Under the pieces are notes generated by a model. The model did not search any database. It saw only the letters and a list, made by a program, of their open reading frames with translations, and was not told the origin of the DNA. The translations under genes were made by a program, and so were the position numbers. Positions 46,948-58,573 of a DNA stretch of 64,000 nt are shown one piece after another (the first letter of the stretch is position 1; each line of letters begins with the position of its first letter). Source of the stretch: an uncultured Nitrososphaeraceae archaeon (GTDB lineage Archaea > Thermoproteota > Nitrososphaeria > Nitrososphaerales > Nitrososphaeraceae); NCBI GenBank assembly GCA_963765895.1, contig CAVXZB010000012.1, positions 1 through 64,000 of the forward strand, in the 5' to 3' direction.

Positions 46948-47472
46948 ATGAAGCAAACCATAAAAGATGTGTTACAAAGTAATACCATACTGCTACGAGA
47001 ATTATTTGATCAAAATATAAAACCTTGTCTAAAAGTCGTAGGACTCATGATTTTAGTAGTCGGAATAGCCTATCCTCTTATTCTAGTGGCAATAGGAGAG
47101 TTTGCATTACCATATCAGTCCAGCGGTAGTCTTATAACTTTACATGGAAAAGTAGTAGGTTCAAAACTAATTGCTCAAGAGTTAAAATCTCCAAAATTCT
47201 TTCATTCAAGATCTGCCTCAGACTCGGCATCAACTGTTGATCCACACATTACTCCAGAAAATGCTTTTGCACAAATCTCTAATGTAAGTAAAGTAACTGG
47301 AATCCCTCACAATGTTCTCGAAACTTTAATTGATCTTAATATAGAAAGGAATAAAGTAAGTAATGCGTTGGTCTTTGCTCCACAATATGTCAATGTATTG
47401 GAAGTAAATCTTGACTTGGTGAGACAGTATCCTGAACATTATCATGAATTCTTAATAAATATGGAGAAGTGA
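46948..47472 (+). CDS. kdpC: Potassium-transporting ATPase subunit C
   Basis: GIAYPL, GSLI...GKVVGSKLIAQ, FHSR, SASTVDPHIT, VNVLEVNLDL. Confidence 0.93.
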   Translation: MKQTIKDVLQSNTILLRELFDQNIKPCLKVVGLMILVVGIAYPLILVAIGEFALPYQSSGSLITLHGKVVGSKLIAQELKSPKFFHSRSASDSASTVDPHITPENAFAQISNVSKVTGIPHNVLETLIDLNIERNKVSNALVFAPQYVNVLEVNLDLVRQYPEHYHEFLINMEK

Positions 47473-47479
47473 GGTCAAA

Positions 47480-47566
47480 CTGGATTCAGTAATCACAATT
47501 TTTATCTCATTCCTTGTTGTATCTTCTGCTACATTAGCCTACTCATTGATGAGAGCAGAAAAGTGA
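47480..47566 (+). CDS. kdpF: KdpF-like 28-aa membrane peptide (CTG start)
   Basis: (M)DSVITIFISFLVVSSATLAYSLMRAEK; GAGGT SD at 47471; resembles the KdpF C-terminus Y-x-L-x-x-(A/P)-E. Confidence 0.6.
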   Translation: MDSVITIFISFLVVSSATLAYSLMRAEK

Positions 47567-47829
47567 CTAATAATGTGAAAAGAACTTACATAGCATTGTT
47601 TGCATCTAATATTTAAAAATATCTATTTTATAATCTTGTATGTATTCCATTAGCTATTAGATATACTATGTTTGTCTACAAACCAACAGATCCACCGGAT
47701 GCACTATAATCTCATTCGTCCATTCATGAGTTGCAGGATTGACAATATCCAAATAGATCATAGTCCATCTTCTACGATTTCTTGCCAAATATTTGTAGAG
47801 GCGTATTAATCTACTCAGGAGGCAAAAAT

Positions 47830-48373
47830 TCGCTTTATTGATACAGTTACCACCTTCGATGGGTATAGTTGAAGGCATGGATGGTCTGAGAGTATTATCA
47901 TACCTGAATTAGATAGAAGATTCAAATATGCTGTAGAAGTTAGAGATAGTTTGTGGTTTCAGGATTTGGCATATAGTTTTTTTGCAAATAACAATATGTG
48001 CATGGTCTGGAGTCAACTCTCAGATATAAGAACTCCTCCAATAGTTACATCAAATTTTATCTACATAAGATTCATTGGCGATAGGACTATACAAGAAAAG
48101 GATTTTGGTAAGATACAAAAAGACAGAGCTTTAGAAATGAAAAAGTGGTCTAGATTTGTAAAAAAAGCCAAAGAAGAGCAGCGGGACAGATTAAACCTAG
48201 CGATTGTAGCAGCAAACAATCATTATGCTGGATTCGGTCCAGGAACTGTTAACACATTCAGGAAAATGTTGGATTTATCAGAAGTGGCATGGGAGAATGT
48301 TGAGATTCCTGATACCGAAATGAGAACATCTGGTAACACAAAACAAACTAGTCTATCAGATTTTTTGAAATGA
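47830..48373 (+). pseudogene. DUF72-family gene, 5'-truncated (longest copy, C)
   Basis: LLIQLPPS, YAVEVR, FIYIRFIG, NNHYAGFGPGT; ends KQTSLSDFLK. Confidence 0.88.
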
Positions 48374-48648
48374 GTCAGGATCATGGATCATAGCATGTCA
48401 AGGAGATAGTGCTATAACTAGATTTATTAAGATACGAAGCTTTCTATCCTACTAATCAGACCTCAGACCTAGTTGGTATTTTTGCTTCGGCTTCCTTATG
48501 GCATTCGTATGTCGGTCCTACTTGCAGTGGTTGAAATGACATTGGGGAGGCATGTGCGTAAAAGCAACCATATTACGACTAAATCCTATTTGAACAGTAA
48601 CTGCCTAATTCTACTAACAAATCATGTCAAGTCATTAGACCTGTCTTA

Positions 48649-49015
48649 TTAGTTCGTCCCCCAAGGATTATCTATGACAAATCGCCAAGAACCATCAGAC
48701 TGTTGACGCAGAACGTCCGCAGATTTAGCAGTCATGTTAACAGGATTACCATCAGATCCAGTTCCACTGAATGACCATTCAGTAATTACAAAAGCAAGAT
48801 CGCTTGCTTGAAGAACCCTCTTTACCTTTAGATCTAGTTTGCCCTTGAAGTCGATAAAACTACGTAGACTTTGGTGTATACCATCTGGACTTTTTGCAAG
48901 TTGTCCTGGTTGCGACACAAAACACGCATCAGCCTCATAGAGCGTCATAAGAGAATTTTAGATCCCCTGTGTTAATACCTCTAACTACTGAATTGAGCAC
49001 TTATCCGGATGTCAT
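48649..49015 (-). CDS. SnoaL/NTF2-like (DUF4440/YybH) protein, 5' end frameshifted
   Basis: LYEADA, ASDLAFVITEW, SADVLRQQSDGSWRFVIDNPWG. Confidence 0.8.
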
Positions 49016-49239
49016 TATTTTAGACAAAGGGCTTTGTAATAATTGTCACTTTAAAGTTTGTTACGAAAGAGGCCTTTTGATGAATTCAAAAAGATGAGCC
49101 GATAGGTAATGCTTGGAGCGAATCACACACTAAGGGTTGTATGTCTACACCATTTTGGATATACACCATTTGATACTAATACACAAAAACCTACAAAATG
49201 GAAGTTCAGTGTTCGTATTAACAATAATTATTCGCGCCC

Positions 49240-49623
49240 ACCATACATTATTCGGTCTATATGTTCTAAGAGCTCGTCATTTGTTATAGGCTTCGAATAA
49301 AACAGTTAGCAGGAAGTGAAGAAAATATATCAGAATATGACCCATAATACATTTGTCCAGCAGTAAGAAAGCATATTTTCAACTTATCATCACGTTTCTT
49401 AATCTCTCTATAAAAGGAAAAACCATTCATCTCCGGCATCTTTATGTCAAGAATTAATAGATCGTAGAAGTGAGGCTTGAAATTGTCTAGAGCAATGAGA
49501 GGATATTCATATGAATCAACTTTGAATCCATATTGTTCCTATGTTTTCGCTATTGCGGTATTAACATCGGGTTCATCGTCGACTACTAGAATTCTTTTTG
49601 ACGTTTTGTTTCACACTTTCCAT
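49240..49623 (-). pseudogene. Response-regulator receiver domain with in-frame stop
   Basis: KRILVVDDEPDV...T*EQYGFKV...YDLLILDIKMPEMNG...ICFLTA. Confidence 0.85.
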
Positions 49624-49708
49624 TTAGTTTCAGAATTGTTCCTTCGTTTCGACATCATCATGGATTATTCGCTTTTAGTCACACAATAAAGAATGATCAT
49701 TCATTCAT

Positions 49709-50089
49709 TCATTTTGGATAGAAATCATGTGACTTATCTACTCTGCCAGCATATTCATAAATCAACAATCCGAATCCTACTATTGCAATAACAACAAACA
49801 CTATTTCAAAGTCCATAGATGACAGATTTTTCATTTGGGGTGGAGTAGTATAGGGTAGTCTTGCTCCTCCATTTACTTCCTCTTTTACAAATTGTGATCC
49901 ATAATATATAGCACCAGTAAAACCGATTACTGCCATAACTATACCTAAAACAATAATGGATTTTCCTTTAAAGTTTAGACTATTGCTAGTATTGCTGCTG
50001 TCATTTGATTCTGATGGACCTTTTTTTCTTCCCAATCTTGTTATGAATCTAATATTACCTAATCCCTCTTCATGAACTGAAAATATCAA
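49709..50089 (-). CDS. Two-TM hypothetical membrane protein
   Basis: Two hydrophobic helices; start uncertain. Confidence 0.6.
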   Translation of the reverse strand: MIFSVHEEGLGNIRFITRLGRKKGPSESNDSSNTSNSLNFKGKSIIVLGIVMAVIGFTGAIYYGSQFVKEEVNGGARLPYTTPPQMKNLSSMDFEIVFVVIAIVGFGLLIYEYAGRVDKSHDFYPK

Positions 50090-50159
50090 AATTCTTTATC
50101 TATTGAACCTTGCTTAACATTGGTAATCAATATGTAATCATCATCATAAACTAAGCTAG

Positions 50160-50416
50160 GATTTTAGAGATGAAAAAATGGACTAGATTTCTAAAGAGAG
50201 CCAGAGATGATGAAGAACAAAGAGATAGACTAAACCTAGCAATTGTAGCAGTTAATAATCATTATGCTGGATTGGACTGGAACTGCTAGCACATTCAGAA
50301 AAATGTTGGATTTATCAGAAGTGACATGGAATGAGGATGTTCAAGTCCCCAAGATAGAAGGAGCATCTGGTAATACAAAACAAAAATAAACTAGTCTATC
50401 AGATTTTTTGAATTGA
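50160..50416 (+). repeat. DUF72 3'-end copy D
   Basis: TTAGAGATGAAAAAATGGACTAGATTT...AATAATCATTATGCTGG...CTAGTCTATCAGATTTTTTG; shares downstream TGAGATCTA.GTTCA with copy A. Confidence 0.9.
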
Positions 50417-50670
50417 GATCTATGTTCAACTAAATTGCGTTCAGATGCTCTATACCTTCAGATTATGAGACTATCATTCCGTTATGAAATCTTTGTTTAC
50501 ATCAGTGTCGTCCGAGTTATTGTATGCATGCACCGGCTAGGGACAACTGATGTCAAAGGCTCCGCATACATCGACCTATTATTGCAAGGACTTTGCTATT
50601 ATTCCAACTAAGAATAACTCGTAACAATATTTCTAAATACAGATATCCAAATAACCGAGAGATACATGAC

Positions 50671-51141
50671 ATGGCCGAGTTGAGTCTCGAAGGCCTATTT
50701 GGGATAGGTGAAGCGATAGGAATTATTGCCACTCTGTTTGTTATATTATACTTTTCAAGAAAACAAATGCAGAGTCTCTCAGTAGACATCCAGACAAAGG
50801 TTCTTAATGACTTGGATGAGAAGGTTCACAAGATGGCAGAAATCATAATTGAAAAACCATCGATGCAAAATGTCATATATAAACTTGAAAAACCATCAGA
50901 AGAGTTAGCATTTGCGTATTATATCTTGTTTATTTGTTCTCATGCATATTCAATGCGCCAAAGAAAAGTGCTCAATGAAGATGAATGGAAAGGATGGTTG
51001 CTGTGGATGAGAAACTGCTTTAAATATGGAACTTTGAGCGAACAATGGAAACTAATCCAATCAGAGAGATGGTTCAATCCTGATTTTGAGAATTTCATAA
51101 ACAAAGAGGTAGTGGCTAAACCAGAGGCTAAATCGATATAA
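50671..51141 (+). CDS. Hypothetical protein with N-terminal TM helix
   Basis: MAELSLEGLFGIGEAIGIIATLFVILYF, then a helical domain. Confidence 0.7.
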   Translation: MAELSLEGLFGIGEAIGIIATLFVILYFSRKQMQSLSVDIQTKVLNDLDEKVHKMAEIIIEKPSMQNVIYKLEKPSEELAFAYYILFICSHAYSMRQRKVLNEDEWKGWLLWMRNCFKYGTLSEQWKLIQSERWFNPDFENFINKEVVAKPEAKSI

Positions 51142-51177
51142 TCTATTTATTATCTGATATGTACTTCAGTATTAGAA

Positions 51178-52278
51178 TTGATCACTAGGCAAGATGTTAT
51201 AAGTATTATTAATAAGTATAACTCAAAAGACATCACTGTTGGGACTATAGGTAGTCATTCTGCATTAGAGATTATGGATGGTGCTAAAGACGAAAATATG
51301 AAAACATTGTGCATTTGCGAAAAAGGGCGAGAGACTCCATATAAGAGATTTAAACGGATAACTGATGAAATTGTCTTACTGAATAAGTTCTCTGATATAA
51401 TGAGTAAAGAGAATCAAAAGAGATTACTACAATCTAATACAATTATTATTGCACATAGAGCATTTACTGCATATTTAGGTTATGACAACATAGAAACCAA
51501 ATTATATGTACCTATATTTGGAAATAGAAGTCTCCTACGTGCTGAAGAACGTAATGCTCATAGGAATCAATATTATCTACTTGAAAAAGCTAGAATTAAA
51601 CACCCTCGAATTTACAACAAAGCATCTGATATTGATGGATTAGCAATGGTTAAAATTCAGGAAGCAAAACGAAAATTAGAACGGGCGTTTTTCTTGGTTT
51701 CATCATATGAGGATTTTAAAAGAAAAAGTAAGAGTAGAGTTGAAAAGGGACTAATCGCGGAAGAAGACATTAATTCTGCAGTTATTGAAGAATATGTAGT
51801 TGGTACACATTTTAATTTTAACTTCTTTAGTTCTCCATTAAAAGAAGAGACTGAATTTCTAGGTATCGAAAGAAGATTACAAACCAATATTAATGATTTT
51901 ACTAGCCTATTGCCAGCTAAACAACAAATGGAAATTGAAATCGAGCCTCAAAATATTGAGGTTGGGCACACTCCAGCGAGTATTCGTGAATCATTATTAG
52001 AAAAAGTATTCGAAATAGGCGATAGGTTTACTGCTTTTGTGAAACAAGAATATCCTCCTGGGATAATTGGACCATTCTCTTTACAAAGCATAGTAACATT
52101 AGAACTTAATTTAGTAGTTTATGATGTCTCATTAAGAGTTCCAGGAAACCCCATAATGGCAACCACAAGTCCATACACAAAATATTATCATGGTAATACA
52201 ATGGGCGTAGGACGAAGAATTGCAATGGAGATCAAAAATGCGATTACAGAAGGAAGGCTTGAAGATATTGTAACATAA
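51178..52278 (+). CDS. purP: FAICAR synthetase PurP (ATP-grasp)
   Basis: GTIGSHSALEI, PIFGNRSLLRAEER, ERAFF, EVGHTPASIRESLLE, IIGPFSLQ, GRRIAMEI. Confidence 0.93.
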   Translation: MITRQDVISIINKYNSKDITVGTIGSHSALEIMDGAKDENMKTLCICEKGRETPYKRFKRITDEIVLLNKFSDIMSKENQKRLLQSNTIIIAHRAFTAYLGYDNIETKLYVPIFGNRSLLRAEERNAHRNQYYLLEKARIKHPRIYNKASDIDGLAMVKIQEAKRKLERAFFLVSSYEDFKRKSKSRVEKGLIAEEDINSAVIEEYVVGTHFNFNFFSSPLKEETEFLGIERRLQTNINDFTSLLPAKQQMEIEIEPQNIEVGHTPASIRESLLEKVFEIGDRFTAFVKQEYPPGIIGPFSLQSIVTLELNLVVYDVSLRVPGNPIMATTSPYTKYYHGNTMGVGRRIAMEIKNAITEGRLEDIVT

Positions 52279-52283
52279 ATTCG

Positions 52284-52715
52284 TCATCTTTCTATCGCCT
52301 CCTCAAATAAATTCCTTCGTATCCTTATTGGTACATCATAATAAGCAGCTAATGCAATAGAGTCTGAAGCGCGATAATTCCGCAATACTAGGTATTCCTT
52401 CCTTCTTTTGAAATATAAATTTGCCCGTAAAACCGAGCCGCTTTGATATACTTTTACTTCAGTTAGAAGAAGATCTTGCATGACTGCTATCTCTTCTACT
52501 AGATTATAGATTGTAGGTATTGTATTCTTATCGCCTTCTTGAAACCTTGATATGTGTCTAGCAACTTCACCAGAAAATGCACGCATAGGAAACTCTTTTC
52601 CTTCAAATGTTTTTAAGATGACGATACCTTCTAGTCCTAGTTGATCTGCAAAACCAACGTAACTTATTTTTACCAGTACATACTCTGCATCTTCTTCTGG
52701 AAAGCTGTCAGGCAT
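52284..52715 (-). CDS. Bifunctional nuclease family (DUF151) protein
   Basis: PTIYNL, RANLYF, RASDSIALA..YDVPI. Confidence 0.8.
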   Translation of the reverse strand: MPDSFPEEDAEYVLVKISYVGFADQLGLEGIVILKTFEGKEFPMRAFSGEVARHISRFQEGDKNTIPTIYNLVEEIAVMQDLLLTEVKVYQSGSVLRANLYFKRRKEYLVLRNYRASDSIALAAYYDVPIRIRRNLFEEAIER

Positions 52716-52724
52716 TACAACTGA

Positions 52725-52994
52725 TTATACATTGCTTGGAATTAAAGGTTCTAGTTCATCATAAGTCTTTGCTTCTATCAGAATTGCAGTTCTTGAAAAG
52801 ATTAAAAACATACGGTTCTGCACTTTCGGTGCTCTTGGATGATTTACATTGTTTTGCTGGCGATAGTATTGATAAAAATAGCAGAGTGAATAGACTGGGC
52901 CATCGAATAGCAACATAGAATCTCCAAGACTATATGACCATTCTCCATAATGGTGTACTGAACTATGTTCAGTCCCAGTTATATCATATATCAT
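52725..52994 (-). CDS. Hypothetical protein
   Basis: ORF co-oriented with, and ending 10 nt before, the DUF151 gene; no motif recognised. Confidence 0.35.
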   Translation of the reverse strand: MIYDITGTEHSSVHHYGEWSYSLGDSMLLFDGPVYSLCYFYQYYRQQNNVNHPRAPKVQNRMFLIFSRTAILIEAKTYDELEPLIPSNV

Positions 52995-53429
52995 TACCTA
53001 ATTTCTAGTTTGGTTAAGCCAGCTTTCATCGATATATTACCGCTCCATGTTACTCTTATAAATCGAATAGTCGTAAGACCAATTAGAACAAGAATTGCAA
53101 CACCGTAAAGTTCGGGATACTAGATCCTTTGTCTTTACTAGCCCATTCAGCCTACATTAAGCGATGTTATCAGAAAGTAGATTAATAAAAAAAGAGTATG
53201 TAATTTATCCGAGGCTGAGAACTTATCCTGCTTTCAACCATTCGTATATAATCAAATGGCCAAGAAGTAATGGAATGATATATTTGTGCTTATAAATGCT
53301 CTTATGATACAATAGATCATAGAGATCGCGTAGGGAAAATTCGATTAAAGTGATATTGTGATATATCGGAAATATGAAAGTATAATGTAAAGTTCAATGA
53401 ATATGTCTCAATATATTATTATAAGATCA

Positions 53430-53747
53430 TTAGGACCCTACTCTTTTCATCTTTGAACCACATCTTGGACATGCAGCTTGGTTATGTTTTGTTCCGCAGC
53501 TCATACAATAATAGCTCAGAGAACTACCACTACCATACCCACCAAACATCGAAGAACCAGACAAACCCATCTTTTTCAATGCCCTTTTTCTCATGTAAAA
53601 ACTAAGTAGTATGAATACTGCAATAATGATTGGCAAAGAGAATGGAAATGGTATAAATAACGATATAGCAAGACTGATTCCGAGTGATATTGCTATCCAC
53701 AATAATTGTTGTGAAATAAAGTCTTTATTATTACTCAATTCATTCAT
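53430..53747 (-). CDS. Membrane protein with C-terminal Zn ribbon
   Basis: Two TM segments, then YYCMSCG...CPRCGS. Confidence 0.8.
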   Translation of the reverse strand: MNELSNNKDFISQQLLWIAISLGISLAISLFIPFPFSLPIIIAVFILLSFYMRKRALKKMGLSGSSMFGGYGSGSSLSYYCMSCGTKHNQAACPRCGSKMKRVGS

Positions 53748-54320
53748 TTACATATAATTATGATACCTTATTTATCTTACGCCAATGATACATCGTTGAT
53801 ATGATGCTTATTTACAAGCTAATATTTTTTAGAATCATATTCAATTCTTTGTTTTATTTATCCATGTATCTTGAATATATTTGCAGCAGCCTATCTTATT
53901 CTCATTATTAGATTTATTTAATTTAGATACTCATATTTTATAATCGCTTTGATTTATGACTAACACCTGTGCTGCAATCGATAATCCTACAAATTGTCCT
54001 CTATAAATAAATGAGATCGCGTAATGTGATAAATAATCTTTCTAGCTTTTTACGTCATATTAATAACAGTATGATAGATTCATATAAGAATTCATATCAT
54101 CAATGTGGAGAGTAGGGTACTTTATAATATGTAAAAATTGCTGGAATGAATTTCTGATACTTTCTGATACTTGGAACATAATGATTTTGATTTCAATAGT
54201 GATGTTTTTGATAGGCTTTACTTGAATATTTAATTCATAAGTATATTTCATACTCATTACTATCAAGATACAGGAAGAAGAAAAATTGTCATTTTAAGTT
54301 TAGTATCTGGATGTACGATA

Positions 54321-54363
54321 TACTTGAACACTTAAGTGTTCAAGTAGTTCTACAATTGTAGAA
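54321..54363. promoter_or_regulatory. Two adjacent perfect palindromes (26 bp and 16 bp)
   Basis: TACTTGAACACTTAAGTGTTCAAGTA (54321-54346) and TTCTACAATTGTAGAA (54348-54363); regulatory role inferred. Confidence 0.55.
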
Positions 54364-54440
54364 TAGTTATATCGTGATATTGTTATGTAAAGCGTTATCC
54401 AATTTTCATAAAAGGTAGAAGTAGAGAGGATGACAAAATA

Positions 54441-55150
54441 ATGACACAGTCTTTAGATGTCACCATATTGTTTCCGAGAAGGAGTGTGTTGAATGTCATA
54501 AGATCCTGGTCGAGAATGAAAAGGAGTGCATAATCCTGTGTAGCGGACTTAGCCAGGCAGCGACACGATCTATATTTGGTAGTTGTTAATAAAAAATATA
54601 TCTTTGGTGACCAAATGGAAACAAACTCTACCAGAACTTTTTGATGTAAGAAGCCAATTAGTAGTGTATAAATTTATGTTCCATCCAAGCTTTGAGGCAG
54701 CGTGTCCGCACTGTTCCTTTTTGGCTGACAATTTCACCTGTATAAATTGTGCACATGAATCAAAGAGATGTGACCATGATCGCTGTCTCTCGGGCGCCAT
54801 ACGATAAGCTGGCTGCGTACCGAAAGTGGAGGGCTAGAATTTCAAATGGATGTCTTCTTATAATTCACATTTCAATTTCGACTACAATGTATCCTCATAC
54901 GTAAATGGTTAGCCCGGAAAAAGCGTTTTACAATTTCATTACACAAGATCCATATAATTCGGAGCAGGGAGTCAATATTTTAAAGACCCTGCGGATCATG
55001 TATTTCATACCTAGTCTGCCCTACACACCTGGTATTAATATTCTGAATATAATATACCAATACCTTGATTTAGTTCCTAAGGGACGCGGTGAAGATGGTC
55101 ACGACTTCCCACAATTCTGGATGCGCCTCCATGATGAGTATAATATATAA
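54441..55150 (+). pseudogene. Second DUF899 gene, AT-rich and heavily decayed
   Basis: LPELFDVRSQLVVYKFMF...ACPHCSFLADNF; YQYLDLVPKGRGE...WMRLHDEY. Confidence 0.85.
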
Positions 55151-55799
55151 TGTTAGTATAGATGATTTACGATGAACGAAAAAATAAAGTATAAGCTAAT
55201 CAAAGTTATTAATGTATTTTTAAACTTGTTTATTATTTGAATACTATTTATAGAAACTTGCAATCGACGTAGCTTGGCGCCTCACAGCATATAGGATATC
55301 TAACAAGATAATCAAGGCCTTGTATCGACAAACAGGCAAGATAAGCTCTAATTAATGCAAATTAGAAAAAAATGACTATTAACATACAATGTCAGAGAAT
55401 TCCTACAGTCAATGACGCGAACGGGACGGACTAGAATGGATACTTCATTCATCGGCCTGATAATTATGTAATTGGGATGCATCAGGCACTAAAATATAAT
55501 TCGCTTTAGAGCAACTATAAGTTGATCAACTAGGTCATAGGTATACTCAGAGTACTGCCGCAACCTGCAGTGAATTTCTACACTGCAAAGAAGACATTTT
55601 TTAGTGATAGTCCCGAGATCCGACTTCATAGTATATATGAATCTCATTCATTCTTTTATTATTCTCCGGCCAGCGTTACCATCAGCAAAAAAGTGGTATA
55701 CTATGAAATTTCCATACCATCTTGGTAGTTAGCAATAATAATTTCCCATTACTCCAGATTGGTAATATTAAAAGGTGGGATCTAAAATAATATAAATTA

Positions 55800-55970
55800 T
55801 TAGTAGCTCTTCGTAGCAGCCTGAATTCTTCGGGTTAATTGATACATATTATCATGACATTGACATTCGCAAATTCTTGTTATTTTTGAACCATGAATTG
55901 TTTCTATTACATTGCCTTCACATAAGCCATGTTCATTTTGCATACACTTTTCCGATTTATACCCCACCAA
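55800..55970 (-). CDS. 56-aa Cys/His microprotein
   Basis: KCMQNEHGLC...RICECQCH; intact frame from TTG to TAA. Confidence 0.5.
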   Translation of the reverse strand: MVGYKSEKCMQNEHGLCEGNVIETIHGSKITRICECQCHDNMYQLTRRIQAATKSY

Positions 55971-56182
55971 TTAGCTTCTTATGTCTATATTTAATATATA
56001 CGTGTATGTCGAAAACGTTTAGTGAAAATATGGTGGAAGAATGATAAATCTTTCTTATTGCTTATTCCGATACTGTTCCAACCCTATATTTGCCTTCCTT
56101 CTGTTCACCTATAAAATGCAAAGCACCACATTTTTTACAGTAAATTTAAATATCAAAGTCTATTTTTCCTATTCTGTTTTGA

Positions 56183-56259
56183 CATTATTATTATTATTAT
56201 TATTCAACCTTACTGCTCTTCATTAACTAATCTAATCTTATTATTATTATTATTATTAT
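56183..56259. repeat. (TTA)n microsatellites within a decayed ORF
   Basis: Two runs of about 6-7 TTA units. Confidence 0.7.
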
Positions 56260-56701
56260 TTCAACATCTTCTCAAAAGTCTTCAATACCATATTAAATAA
56301 TATGGTAACATAATATTGATGATCCTTACGACAAGACTCTTCTTTCTTTTGCCTTGACAAATACTGCATAGTCAAGCCTTGCTATTGACTGTAATTTCTT
56401 TGGTTGGCGTTACTAAATATGCGTTACTATATTTTACATCATTTCGTCCATCATCTTATTTTACCGTGATCTTTATGTTCCATAATCATTTATCTTGTTC
56501 ATTGCCTCGGTATTCATAAAGTAATTTTCTTTAGTAGATATCCATTGCAGTACGAATTTTAATCCATAGTTGCATGATTTGTAACCAGCTTCATATCAGT
56601 ATATAATACTGTTATGTATATGCGTGTACTATTTGCAAATCCAGATTGTTTGAATTTCGTATTAATCGACTAAACTTGGCATCATATTATGAAGTGATTA
56701 G

Positions 56702-57877
<1,176 letters not shown>

Positions 57878-58573
57878 ATTGCGCTCAAGACCAGTCCATA
57901 TAATCTATCGTATCGTATTCATTTGTGTGTTTTCTTGAGCACGTATGTGAAGGATTTGCATTCGTAGAAGTTGACTTAAAATCATCAGTACTTCGGTCAG
58001 GAACGTATAACCCCGGAAATACTTCACCACAAGTTTTGCATTTTAACATAAGCATTGGCATTTTATTTATCCATCATCCACATAAGTATGTAATACTTAT
58101 CTATATAGACATACTGCTTATCATGAACCGTTGCTTGAACTTCATAGTATTGTCACGGTTATGGATAATTGGATGTTCTTAAGTGGTCATCAGGACAAGC
58201 AGTGGCTGAGGATAATTTTTTGTCTACTCTAATAAATAATGTAGTCTCTATCAAACCTTCTAATTTTTACTTCTAATAATATAGCTCCATTTTTGTTACC
58301 TTGCAGAATTTCATAAGGATGTACTGTATTCTGATCTCTAAAGAAACAGAGATGTTATTTATCTAGAATAGTATTATATTAATATATACATCAGATATCT
58401 TTCCTCTTTGTTAGGACTCGTATCTTGAGAGAGAGTATCACGAATGCTTTCGATTTTGCTCAAGCATATATTCAGGCGCTTTTGTCTCTTCCTGAGACAG
58501 AATTGTTCTATTAAGAAGTTGAAGGATTAGCCATATTCTATCAGCTAATCAATCAAGTAGCGGTTCTAGGATA

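Noticed and set aside
47660-47750. HYNLIRP-like transposase C-terminal scrap before DUF72 copy C
   Set aside because: Too short, no TIR; cannot be supported without a search
37183-50416. DUF72 repeats as a CRISPR array or MITE
   Set aside because: Units are 130-540 bp of coding sequence, kilobases apart, with no TIRs, TSDs or regular spacers
54347-54363. TTCTACAATTGTAGA resembles a Cas12a repeat stem
   Set aside because: Single copy, no array, no cas genes
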